The notes under the pieces: generated by a model | What the model was told of the DNA's origin: nothing | Databases searched by the model: none | The model's input: the letters and a program-made list of their open reading frames with translations, nothing else | Shown: positions 46,852 to 56,117 of the stretch, piece by piece | Layout: the number at the start of each line of letters is the position of its first letter | How positions within the stretch are numbered: position 1 is the stretch's first letter | Translations under genes and position numbers: made by a program | Origin: an uncultured virus (IMG/VR IMGVR_UViG_3300033571_018919) | Lineage: Duplodnaviria; Heunggongvirae; Uroviricota; Caudoviricetes | Virus record (IMG/VR): IMGVR_UViG_3300033571_018919 | Span: 1 to 64,000 of that record | Strand: one strand, 5' to 3' | DNA: 64,000 bases

Positions 46852-49800
46852 ATGACTACAAAAATTTCTAGTGATAACATACAAACAGCAACACTTAATA
46901 CATTAGGTGGACCTAAAATACAAACGATTACTTATCCAGGTGATGATACTGCTGCTGATCCAGCCGGCGGGCAAACGATTACATTGACTGGTTCAGGTTT
47001 TGAAGCAAGTGCAAGTGTTGTTATTAATACAACAGCAGTTGGTGTTGTTACAGTCGTAAGTTCTACTACAATTACTTTTACAACTCCGGCATTAAGTGCT
47101 GGTAGTTATACTCTTTACGTGATTAATCCAAATGGTGGAACTGCGATTGCAGTGCCGGGTATACAATATAGTGGTACGCCAACTTGGAGTACTGCTGCTG
47201 GTAGTTTGGGTAACGTATACGAAGCTGCTGCAATCAATAATACATTAGTTGCTACTGGTGATGCACCCATTACATATAGTTTGTTTAGTGGTACACTTCC
47301 ACTTACATCAACATTAAACAGTTCTACTGGTGTATTAAGTGGTACAGCAGATGCAACAGCAAGCCCAACTACATATACATTTACAATTCGTGCGACTGAT
47401 GCAGAAAGTCAAGATACAAACAGACAATTTAGTTTAACAATTAATCCAGACGTAGTTACATGGAATAGTCCTGCAAATAATATCACATATACTAGTAATG
47501 TAAATCAGGCTATCTCTAATGTTACAATGAGTGCTACAAGTGCTGCAGGGTATGGTATCACATATACAGCTAATAGTTTACCAACTGGTTTAAGCATTAG
47601 TGGAGCAAACATTACAGGTACACCAACGGTTGTCGCAAATAGTAGTTCATTAATTACTGCAACAGCAAGTACATCGAATAGAACTGCAACCAGAACATTT
47701 AATTGGGTAGTACAGTTAGGCACTGACCCATATTTTAATTTAACTACATTATTATTAAACTCTGAAGCATCTGCAAACGCATGGATAAGTGATAGTAGCA
47801 CAAATAGTTTTGCAATTACTGTTAACGGTGATACAAGACCTGCTGCATTTAGTCCATATGAAACAGTGTATAGTAATCAATTTGATGGCACTGGTGATTA
47901 TTTAACTGTACCAACTAATGCTGCTTTGGATTTTGGTACTGGGGATTTTACAGTTGAACTTTGGTGGTATCCAACTTCATTAGCAGCCGATCATGGATTT
48001 TTAGGAGCGACTGTTGGCGCTGGTTACGATTTTGTTTATAGAACATCTACCGGTTTTAATATAGCAAGGATTAATGTAGCATTTGACAATACATTTGCTT
48101 ATACCGCAGTTGTTAATACCTGGTATCATGTAGCGTATTCTCGCTCAGGAACTAATTTAAGAGTATTTGTTAATGGTGTACAAATTGGCAGTACCGCTAC
48201 AAATAGTATTTCGTATGGTACGAATGGAGGCACCGCAGTTATAGGTGGATCAACAAACGCAGACCGTTTACTAGCAGGATATATGTCTAACATGCGACTA
48301 GTCAAAGGCACTGCACTTTACACATCAAACTTTATACCATCAACAACACCTTTAACAGCAGTGTCAGGTACAAGTTTATTAACATGTCAAAGTAATAGAT
48401 TAATTGATAATAGTACAAATAATTTTACACTAACAAGAAACGGAGATGTAAGTGTACGTAACTTTGGCCCATTTGTAGAAACAGATTTAACAACTGGTAG
48501 TGGTTATTTTGATGGCACTGGAGATTGGTTAACGGCAACGGCTAATTCTGCGTTTGCATTGGGGTCTGGGAATTTTACTATTGACGGTTGGATATATCCA
48601 ACAGCATCAAATGGTATGATTATCGACACTAGAAATACTAATGGAAGTGCAAGTGGATTCGCAGTAGAAACTGATTCATCTAACCAATTTTTAATTTATA
48701 CAGATAGTGCTAAACTAACAGCAGGTACAGCACCTTTAAATATTTGGACTTTTTTTGCTATTGTAAGATCAGGTAGCACTATAACCGTATATGTTAATGG
48801 TGTTAGTGCAGGATCTTATTCTAGTTCACAAAATTTTTCAGATAATGCATTGGTTATTGCTAGTAATGAACCTAAAAATAAATCGTTGACTGGCTATCTA
48901 AGTAATGTTCGTATAGTAAAAGGTACAGCAGTTTATACCACAACCTTTACCCCACCAACAAGTCCACTAACAGCAATTGCAAATACAAGTTTACTGACAT
49001 TACAAAACAGATTTGGTGAAAACAATAATCGTTTTGTTGATACATCCGGTATTAATAATATTATTACACGTAATGGTAATACTACACAAGGTACATTTAG
49101 TCCGTTCAGTCAGACCGGTTGGAGTAATTATTTTGATGGTAGCAGCACACTGTATTTCGCAGGAACACCTATCTCAACAACACAAACAAATTTTACAATT
49201 GAAGCTTGGGTTTATTTAACAGCAGATCCAACATTTGGTGGCGGCGTAGGTCAGGTGGTAGTCGATGGCGGCGGCTTGGCGGGAGGATCATTTTGGGGCT
49301 TCGGTTTAAATACATCAAGAAATATAGTATTCAGATGGTATGACGGAGCATCCGGTTTTAATTGTACTTCTACTAGTGCAGTTTCTCTCAACCAATGGGC
49401 TCACATTGCAGTATCAGTAAGTTCAAATGCAATTAAACTATTTATAAATGGTAATTTACAAAGCACTACAGGAACATCTACCTTAACAAATCGTGGAGGT
49501 AATCAAGGTAACATTAACGTAGGAAGATACGCTACCTCAGATGCTTTGTATGGTTATATTTCCAATGCCAGAATTGTTACTGGTGCCGGCCTTTATTCTA
49601 CCTCATTCACACCAAGCACAACTCCATTAACGACTACTGTTCCTTCCGGAACAGTGGCATTTCTTACTGCCCAGTCAAATAGATTTGTCGATACTAGTAC
49701 AAGTAATAGAACACCTGTTTTAGCTGGATCTACTTCTGTACAGGCATTTAGTCCATTCGTACCTACTACTGAGTATAGCGCAGCTACAGTGGGGGGTAGT

Positions 49801-50937
49801 ATGTATTTTGATGGTACTGGAGATTATTTAACCGTAGCTTCTTCTACTGTATTTGGTTTGGGAACTGAAAATTTTACCTTTGAATGCTGGTTATACCCTA
49901 CAGCAAATCCTGCAAATGGACCAGGTACTATTTTTGATGCTCGTTCGGGAGTAGTAGCTGAAGGTTATGTAATTCGTGCGTTTAATGACAGAACGATTGG
50001 AATTTATACGTCTACAAATTCTTATGTTTATTCTACTGGAACTATTACTTTAAATGCGTGGAATCATATAGCACTAGTTCGAACATCAACGTCTACCAAC
50101 GGTTTAGCTTTCTATATTAACGGAGCGGCTGCCGGAACTGTTACTGTTAGTAGTAATTTGGGAACCTCATGGTCACCATTAATAGGTTACAATAGAGCAG
50201 GTTCAGGATTTGAATGGAATGGTTATATAAGTAATTTAAGACTTATTAAAGGTTCAGCATTCTATACATCCTCATTTTCGGCACCGGTTGCGCCACTAAC
50301 TACTGTTGGAGCAACATTATTACTTAATGGCACTAATAGTGGTATCATTGATTATACTAGCAAAAATAATTTAGAAACAGCTGGTAACGCACAACTATCA
50401 TATAGTGTAAAAAAGTTTGGCAATGCGAGTATGAGTTTTGATGGAACGGGAGATTGGCTAATAATACCAAACAGCCAAAATTTTGTATTCGGCTTTGGTA
50501 ATTGGACAATTGAACTGTGGGTAAGACCAGGAGCAACAGGAAGACAGGGGTTTGTAGCATTAGAAAATGCTGCTGGTACAATCGTCCCATGGGAGTTAGG
50601 AATAAACAATGGAAACACATTCCGAGTGCTTGTGCAAACATCTAGTGGACAGTATATAGTTGATGGAACAACATCTGTATCTACGAACACTTGGTATCAC
50701 GTTGCAGCCGTAAGAAACGGATCTACAGTCACGCTTTATGTGAACGGTACATCAGAGGGAACCCCGGCAAATGTTTCTACCAATGCTTTGGTTTCTGAAA
50801 CATCTCCTATTTACGTCGGAACTTATAACTATGGATTTCCGTTGACCGGCTACATAGATGATCTACGTATCACTAAAGGCTATGCACGTTATACAAGTAA
50901 TTTTACACCACCGACCTCAGCGTTCATTACGTATTAA
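46852..50937 (+). CDS. Adhesin-like protein: IPT/Ig-like domains followed by about five LamG/ConA-like domains
   Basis: Third paralog, one Ig-like and one LamG unit shorter than the other two. Confidence 0.85.
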   Translation: MTTKISSDNIQTATLNTLGGPKIQTITYPGDDTAADPAGGQTITLTGSGFEASASVVINTTAVGVVTVVSSTTITFTTPALSAGSYTLYVINPNGGTAIAVPGIQYSGTPTWSTAAGSLGNVYEAAAINNTLVATGDAPITYSLFSGTLPLTSTLNSSTGVLSGTADATASPTTYTFTIRATDAESQDTNRQFSLTINPDVVTWNSPANNITYTSNVNQAISNVTMSATSAAGYGITYTANSLPTGLSISGANITGTPTVVANSSSLITATASTSNRTATRTFNWVVQLGTDPYFNLTTLLLNSEASANAWISDSSTNSFAITVNGDTRPAAFSPYETVYSNQFDGTGDYLTVPTNAALDFGTGDFTVELWWYPTSLAADHGFLGATVGAGYDFVYRTSTGFNIARINVAFDNTFAYTAVVNTWYHVAYSRSGTNLRVFVNGVQIGSTATNSISYGTNGGTAVIGGSTNADRLLAGYMSNMRLVKGTALYTSNFIPSTTPLTAVSGTSLLTCQSNRLIDNSTNNFTLTRNGDVSVRNFGPFVETDLTTGSGYFDGTGDWLTATANSAFALGSGNFTIDGWIYPTASNGMIIDTRNTNGSASGFAVETDSSNQFLIYTDSAKLTAGTAPLNIWTFFAIVRSGSTITVYVNGVSAGSYSSSQNFSDNALVIASNEPKNKSLTGYLSNVRIVKGTAVYTTTFTPPTSPLTAIANTSLLTLQNRFGENNNRFVDTSGINNIITRNGNTTQGTFSPFSQTGWSNYFDGSSTLYFAGTPISTTQTNFTIEAWVYLTADPTFGGGVGQVVVDGGGLAGGSFWGFGLNTSRNIVFRWYDGASGFNCTSTSAVSLNQWAHIAVSVSSNAIKLFINGNLQSTTGTSTLTNRGGNQGNINVGRYATSDALYGYISNARIVTGAGLYSTSFTPSTTPLTTTVPSGTVAFLTAQSNRFVDTSTSNRTPVLAGSTSVQAFSPFVPTTEYSAATVGGSMYFDGTGDYLTVASSTVFGLGTENFTFECWLYPTANPANGPGTIFDARSGVVAEGYVIRAFNDRTIGIYTSTNSYVYSTGTITLNAWNHIALVRTSTSTNGLAFYINGAAAGTVTVSSNLGTSWSPLIGYNRAGSGFEWNGYISNLRLIKGSAFYTSSFSAPVAPLTTVGATLLLNGTNSGIIDYTSKNNLETAGNAQLSYSVKKFGNASMSFDGTGDWLIIPNSQNFVFGFGNWTIELWVRPGATGRQGFVALENAAGTIVPWELGINNGNTFRVLVQTSSGQYIVDGTTSVSTNTWYHVAAVRNGSTVTLYVNGTSEGTPANVSTNALVSETSPIYVGTYNYGFPLTGYIDDLRITKGYARYTSNFTPPTSAFITY

Positions 50938-50945
50938 GTAATAGA

Positions 50946-50952
50946 CTAAATA
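50946..50952 (+). promoter_or_regulatory. Late promoter (CTAAATA)
   Basis: TAAATA core before an AAGG Shine-Dalgarno and the ATG at 50972. Confidence 0.55.
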
Positions 50953-50971
50953 TTAAAAAGGCATAAAATAA

Positions 50972-52885
50972 ATGGCAATTATCAAGATTCAACCGTATAT
51001 ACTAGACGAAACGCAAAATTTTACTTTTGCTAACGTTACTATTACGGCGAATACAACTTCAGGTAATGCTAATTTAGGTAATGCCGCTACAGCAAACTTC
51101 TTCATAGGAAATGGTAGTTTACTTACAGGTATAGCAGGAACTTATAGTAATGCTGATGTTGCAAACTATCTTCCAACTTATACAGGTAATGTTGCTGCTG
51201 GCAATGTTTTAACAAATAATTTATTATACGCAAATGGAGTTGCATGGAGCTTTGGTAGTTCGTATTCAAACACAAATGTCGCTGCATATCTCCCTACATA
51301 CACCAGTAATTTAACTGCCGGTAATATATTAGGTGCTAATTTAATTAGTGGTAATTTCTTAACTGGAACACTAACAACAGCAGCACAACCTAATATTACT
51401 TCAGTTGGAACATTATCTAGTTTAAGTGTTACTGCTAATGTAAGTGCCGGTAACATCTTAACAGACAATTTATTATATGCTAACGGAACATTATGGAATC
51501 TTTCAGGTAGTTATTCTAATACAAACGTTGCTGCATACCTTCCAACTTACACTGGTAATTTTACAGCAGGCAATGCTAATGTAACAGGAAACATCACAGC
51601 CGGTAATTTAATTACATCAGGAAGTGGTGGAAATATTACAGGTGCAAATGTTATTTCCGCTACAACATTTACTGCGACAGGAAATATAAGTTCTGGGAAC
51701 GCTAATTTAGGTAATGCAGTAACAGCAAACTTCTTTATAGGAAATGGTAGTTTATTAACTGGACTTCCTGCAAGTTATAGTAACACGAATGTTGCTGCTT
51801 ACTTACCTACTTATACAGGAAATTTAACAGCAGGTAATGCTAACTTAGGTAATGCAGTAACAGCAAACTTCTTTATGGGAAATGGTAGCTTATTAACTGG
51901 ACTACCAGCAAGCTACAGCAATACGAATGTTGCTGCATATCTACCAACTTACACAGGTAACTTTACTGCTAATAATATTGTAGCATCAAATAATATTAAT
52001 GCAAGTAGCATCACAACTACTGGAAGTAGTGGAAATATAAGTGGCGCTAATTATGTAATAGCTAATTTCTTTAGTGGTAACGGAAGTCTACTTACAAGTA
52101 TTGCCGGAGGTAATATAACTGGTCAAGTAGCTAATGCACTAGTTGCTGGTACCGTATATACTAACGCACAACCAAACATAACAAGTGTTGGAACTTTAAG
52201 TAGTCTAAGTGTAACCGCTAATGTAAGTGCTGGTAATATTTTAACAGACAATTTACTTTATGCTAATGGAGTTACATGGACTTTTGGTAGTACATATTCT
52301 AACACTAATGTTGCAGCATATCTACCAACTTATACAGGTAACATCAGTGCAAATTATTATACCGGCGATGGATCATTATTGACTGGTATTACAGCTACAG
52401 TTGCGCAAACTGTAAGTAATGCCGCACAACCAAATATTACAAGTGTTGGTACACTAAGTGGGTTAACTGTTTCAGGTAACTTATCGTTTACTGGAGCTAA
52501 TGCGTATTTTTCTAATGTAGGTAATTTAAAAATACTTGGTGGAAATAATAATCAGGTGTTGAGTACAGATGGTACCGGTAATCTATCTTGGATCACCTCT
52601 ACGTCAGCAAACATGACGGTAGACACTTTTAGTGCAAACGGTAATGCAAATAGCTTCACGCTTTCTACTTCCCCAACAGATGCAAATTATGTTTTTGTAA
52701 ACATTAATGGAGTATTTCAATTTAGGGATGCATATTCATTAGCAGGAAATGTGATAACGTTAGGTAGTACTCCTACTAATGGAAGTACAATAGAAGTAAG
52801 TGCAATGAATGTAGGTGCGAGTTCAGGCGGTGGAGGAACTAATACCTCAGTAGTATATACAATGGGATTAATATTCGGAGGATAA
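50972..52885 (+). CDS. Virion fibre protein rich in YSNTNVAAYLPTYTGN repeats
   Basis: Repeated YLPTYT units, one FxxNG domain, hydrophobic end VVYTMGLIFGG. Confidence 0.75.
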   Translation: MAIIKIQPYILDETQNFTFANVTITANTTSGNANLGNAATANFFIGNGSLLTGIAGTYSNADVANYLPTYTGNVAAGNVLTNNLLYANGVAWSFGSSYSNTNVAAYLPTYTSNLTAGNILGANLISGNFLTGTLTTAAQPNITSVGTLSSLSVTANVSAGNILTDNLLYANGTLWNLSGSYSNTNVAAYLPTYTGNFTAGNANVTGNITAGNLITSGSGGNITGANVISATTFTATGNISSGNANLGNAVTANFFIGNGSLLTGLPASYSNTNVAAYLPTYTGNLTAGNANLGNAVTANFFMGNGSLLTGLPASYSNTNVAAYLPTYTGNFTANNIVASNNINASSITTTGSSGNISGANYVIANFFSGNGSLLTSIAGGNITGQVANALVAGTVYTNAQPNITSVGTLSSLSVTANVSAGNILTDNLLYANGVTWTFGSTYSNTNVAAYLPTYTGNISANYYTGDGSLLTGITATVAQTVSNAAQPNITSVGTLSGLTVSGNLSFTGANAYFSNVGNLKILGGNNNQVLSTDGTGNLSWITSTSANMTVDTFSANGNANSFTLSTSPTDANYVFVNINGVFQFRDAYSLAGNVITLGSTPTNGSTIEVSAMNVGASSGGGGTNTSVVYTMGLIFGG

Positions 52886-52886
52886 A

Positions 52887-53243
52887 ATGGCAGCGCCAAA
52901 CACATTAAATTTAACAACAGTGACACTTAAAACATCGTTTGCGGCGTTGACTACGGTTACAGGTAACATTATAACTAATAGCACATCTAGTAATACGGTA
53001 GATAAAATCAATGATGTAATTGTTTGTAATTATTCTGGATCAGCAATTACAGCTAATGTAATGGTAAATAGAAGTTCAACCGCGTATTATTTGGCAGGTA
53101 ATATAAGTGTTCCTGCGTATTCAACATTGGTAGTGTTAGGAAAAGATACAGCAATATATTTAGAAGAAGGTGATGTATTACAAGCAAATGTAAGTGCAAA
53201 TAGTGCAGCACACATTTCTGCTGCGTATGAGTTAATAACGTAA
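52887..53243 (+). CDS. Small beta-rich adaptor-like structural protein
   Basis: MAAPNTLNLTTV ... IYLEEGD ... YELI; paralog of 30046-30405. Confidence 0.7.
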   Translation: MAAPNTLNLTTVTLKTSFAALTTVTGNIITNSTSSNTVDKINDVIVCNYSGSAITANVMVNRSSTAYYLAGNISVPAYSTLVVLGKDTAIYLEEGDVLQANVSANSAAHISAAYELIT

Positions 53244-53245
53244 TT

Positions 53246-54208
53246 ATGACTAGACAAAGAACAAATTATGGTATAACAGGTTCGGAACAGACTGTTACTC
53301 AAGGTTCAAAGAATGGCCTCTATACTATTGTTGATGCACAAATAGCTCAAGGAGCTGGCAAGTGGCCAGCTCCTGGCATAGATGTAAACTATTTAGTAAT
53401 TGCAGGTGGAGGCAGTGCAGGTAAGGGACAATCCGGCGGCGGCGGCGCCGGAGGATATAGATCAAACTTAATAGGTCAAGCTTCAGGTGGGGGTGCAAGC
53501 GCAGAAGCACCACTTATTGTAAGTTATAATACTACTTTTAATGTAACAGTTGGTGCAGGAGGTGCAGCGCAAACAACTTTAGACCTTCAAGGTAATAACG
53601 GAAGTGACTCAAGTTTTGGTAGTATAACTTCTACTGGAGGAGGCGGTGGCGGCGCATATGGAACTCCAGCTGGTAAAAATGGAGGCTCTGGTGGAGGACA
53701 GGGAAATAACACAGGAGCCACTGGAGGAAGTGGAACTTCAGGTCAGGGCTATAACGGCGGTAATGTAGCTGTTTATTCTTCGCCTTATCGAGGCGCAGGG
53801 GGCGGCGGTGCCGGCGCGGTAGGTGCCAATGGATATACCGGTACTGGCGAGGGAGGTACCGGTGTAGCATCATCGATTACCGGAAGTTCAGTGACTAGAG
53901 CAGGTGGTGGAGGAGGAGGTATATTTGGTAGCAGTACTCCTGCAGCGGGCGGCGCGGGTGGCGGCGGCGCCGGCACTGGCTCAGGTAACGGCGGCGATGG
54001 TAGTGCTAACACAGGCGGCGGCGGTGGAGGAACGACTTACCCAGGAGGAAACTCGGGCGCTGGCGGTTCTGGTGTTGTAATTATTCGTTATTCTGATACA
54101 CATGCTAATGCCTCAGCAACTACAGGATCACCTACATTATCTGTTACTGGTGGCTACAGAATCTATACTTTTACTGGTAACGGATCAATAACTTTTCCAG
54201 CCAGCTAA
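53246..54208 (+). CDS. Glycine-rich (polyglycine-II type) adhesin-like protein
   Basis: YLVIAGGG ... GGSGVVIIRY ... GGYRIYTFTGNGSITF. Confidence 0.75.
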   Translation: MTRQRTNYGITGSEQTVTQGSKNGLYTIVDAQIAQGAGKWPAPGIDVNYLVIAGGGSAGKGQSGGGGAGGYRSNLIGQASGGGASAEAPLIVSYNTTFNVTVGAGGAAQTTLDLQGNNGSDSSFGSITSTGGGGGGAYGTPAGKNGGSGGGQGNNTGATGGSGTSGQGYNGGNVAVYSSPYRGAGGGGAGAVGANGYTGTGEGGTGVASSITGSSVTRAGGGGGGIFGSSTPAAGGAGGGGAGTGSGNGGDGSANTGGGGGGTTYPGGNSGAGGSGVVIIRYSDTHANASATTGSPTLSVTGGYRIYTFTGNGSITFPAS

Positions 54209-54242
54209 GTTACAATTAAAGAATTTTTAAGAGAATTAAACT

Positions 54243-55622
54243 ATGGCAGCAATAACAAAAATTACACCAATAGCGTTAGATGAAACAGCTAACTATACAG
54301 TTAATAATTTAACTGTAACATCTAACGTCAGTTTTGGTAACAGTAATTTAGGTAATTTATCAGTTGCTAATTTCTTTTCAGGCAATGGATCATTATTAAC
54401 TTCACTTACAGGCGGTAATGTAACAGGACAAGTAGGTAATGCATTAATCGCTGGTACAGTGTACACTAATGCACAGCCAAATATTACAAGCGTTGGTACA
54501 TTAAGTAGTCTAAGTGTAACTGCTAATGCAAGTGCTGGTAATATTTTAACAGATAACTTGTTATACGCTAATGGCACAGCATGGACTTTTGGTAGTGGAT
54601 CATATTCAAATACAAATGTTGCTGCGTACTTACCTACGTATACTGGTAATTTTACTGCTGGTAATGTTTCAGGCGCTAATTTAATCAGTGGTAATTTCTT
54701 AACCGGTACATTAACTACAGCAGCACAACCGAATATTACTAGTGTTGGTACATTATCATCACTAACAGTTACTGGACTAATTACTGCAACAGCAAATGGT
54801 GTTAAAGCTGCAAATATTTACGATAGTACCGGTACATTAACAATTGAAACAAAATACGGTAACTTAGCGGGTGATGCAGGAGTATATGGCAATTTAACTG
54901 TTGGTACAAGTGGTACCGGAAATATTACAGCGTATAATGCTAACTTAGGTAATTTAGTTATTGGTAACTTCTTGCAAGGAACATTAACAACAGCACTACA
55001 ACCAAATATTACTTCAGTTGGCACATTGTCTAATCTTACAGTATCAGGTAATGTCTCATTGACTGGAGCAAATGTTTATGTAAGCAACGTAGCTAATTTA
55101 AAAATACCCGGCGGAACTGCTAATTATGTATTATCAACTGATGGGACAGGTAACTTAAGTTGGGCAGCGCAAACTGGTGGCGGAGGTGGCGGCACACCTG
55201 GTGGTAGTAATACACAACTACAGTTTAACAATTCAAATGCGTTTGGCGGTACAACTGGTTTAACATTTGATTCAGTTAATAATAGATTATCGATTACTAA
55301 TTACACATTACCAACAAACGCATTAGGTAATATAAGTGGTAATACAACCATAAATTTAAATGCTGGTATGTATGTTACTGCTACTGTAACTGGTTCGGTA
55401 ACTTGGACTTTTAGTAATTCAGCAACTTCGTCAAATGCTTCAGGCTTTATTTTAGAATTAACAAATGGTGGTAGCAGTACTCAAATTTGGCCTACTTCAG
55501 TTAGATGGCCAAGTGGTGTAGCACCTGCTCTCACAGTAACAGGTGTCGATTTACTTGCTTTTGTTACTGACGATAATGGCACTAATTGGCGTGGTGTCGC
55601 TTCAATGATTGATAGTAAATAA
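54243..55622 (+). CDS. Virion fibre protein with a C-terminal WP...WP tip/adaptor domain
   Basis: Shared shaft modules; C-terminal LELTNGGS..QIWPTSVRWPSGVAP.LT..GVDLL.F.TDDNGTNWRG. Confidence 0.75.
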   Translation: MAAITKITPIALDETANYTVNNLTVTSNVSFGNSNLGNLSVANFFSGNGSLLTSLTGGNVTGQVGNALIAGTVYTNAQPNITSVGTLSSLSVTANASAGNILTDNLLYANGTAWTFGSGSYSNTNVAAYLPTYTGNFTAGNVSGANLISGNFLTGTLTTAAQPNITSVGTLSSLTVTGLITATANGVKAANIYDSTGTLTIETKYGNLAGDAGVYGNLTVGTSGTGNITAYNANLGNLVIGNFLQGTLTTALQPNITSVGTLSNLTVSGNVSLTGANVYVSNVANLKIPGGTANYVLSTDGTGNLSWAAQTGGGGGGTPGGSNTQLQFNNSNAFGGTTGLTFDSVNNRLSITNYTLPTNALGNISGNTTINLNAGMYVTATVTGSVTWTFSNSATSSNASGFILELTNGGSSTQIWPTSVRWPSGVAPALTVTGVDLLAFVTDDNGTNWRGVASMIDSK

Positions 55623-55626
55623 TATT

Positions 55627-56115
55627 ATGGCAAATTTTGCATTAGTTGAAAATAACGTAATTATAGAAAGACATGATTTACTTCCAACAACATGGAGAAA
55701 TGTTAGTGGATTAAGTTTGTTGAAAGATGATGAAGAATTATTAAATAATTTAGGTTGGTATACAGTTACTAAAGTATATCCTAATTATGATATATCAACT
55801 CAGTATATCGACGGATATGAGTATTCTTTTGTTGATAATAAAGTCTTAGAAACACCTATACTTAAAAACATTGAGATTGTTGTAATTTCTGAGGAAGAAC
55901 GTTTTGCAACTTTATTAGCAGAATTAAGACTTAAAAGAGATAGCTTGTTAATTGAATCTGATTGGACACAATTAGCAGACGTACAAGCAAGTCACACAAA
56001 TGATTGGAAAACAGCTTGGGCTAATTATAGGCAACAACTTCGTGATTTACCAAACCTATGCATAGTGGGTCAGATAAATATATATGAAGTTATATGGCCT
56101 ACTAAACCCGAGTAA
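55627..56115 (+). CDS. Tail fibre assembly chaperone-like protein
   Basis: LRLKRDSLLIESDWTQLAD...WANYRQQLRDLP...WPTKP is the characteristic phage tail assembly chaperone motif. Start revised to the ATG at 55627. Confidence 0.85.
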   Translation: MANFALVENNVIIERHDLLPTTWRNVSGLSLLKDDEELLNNLGWYTVTKVYPNYDISTQYIDGYEYSFVDNKVLETPILKNIEIVVISEEERFATLLAELRLKRDSLLIESDWTQLADVQASHTNDWKTAWANYRQQLRDLPNLCIVGQINIYEVIWPTKPE

Positions 56116-56117
56116 AC

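Noticed and set aside
16124..55622. CRISPR-like or tandem DNA repeat array
   Set aside because: The repeats are protein-level, in frame, degenerate at third positions and irregularly spaced.
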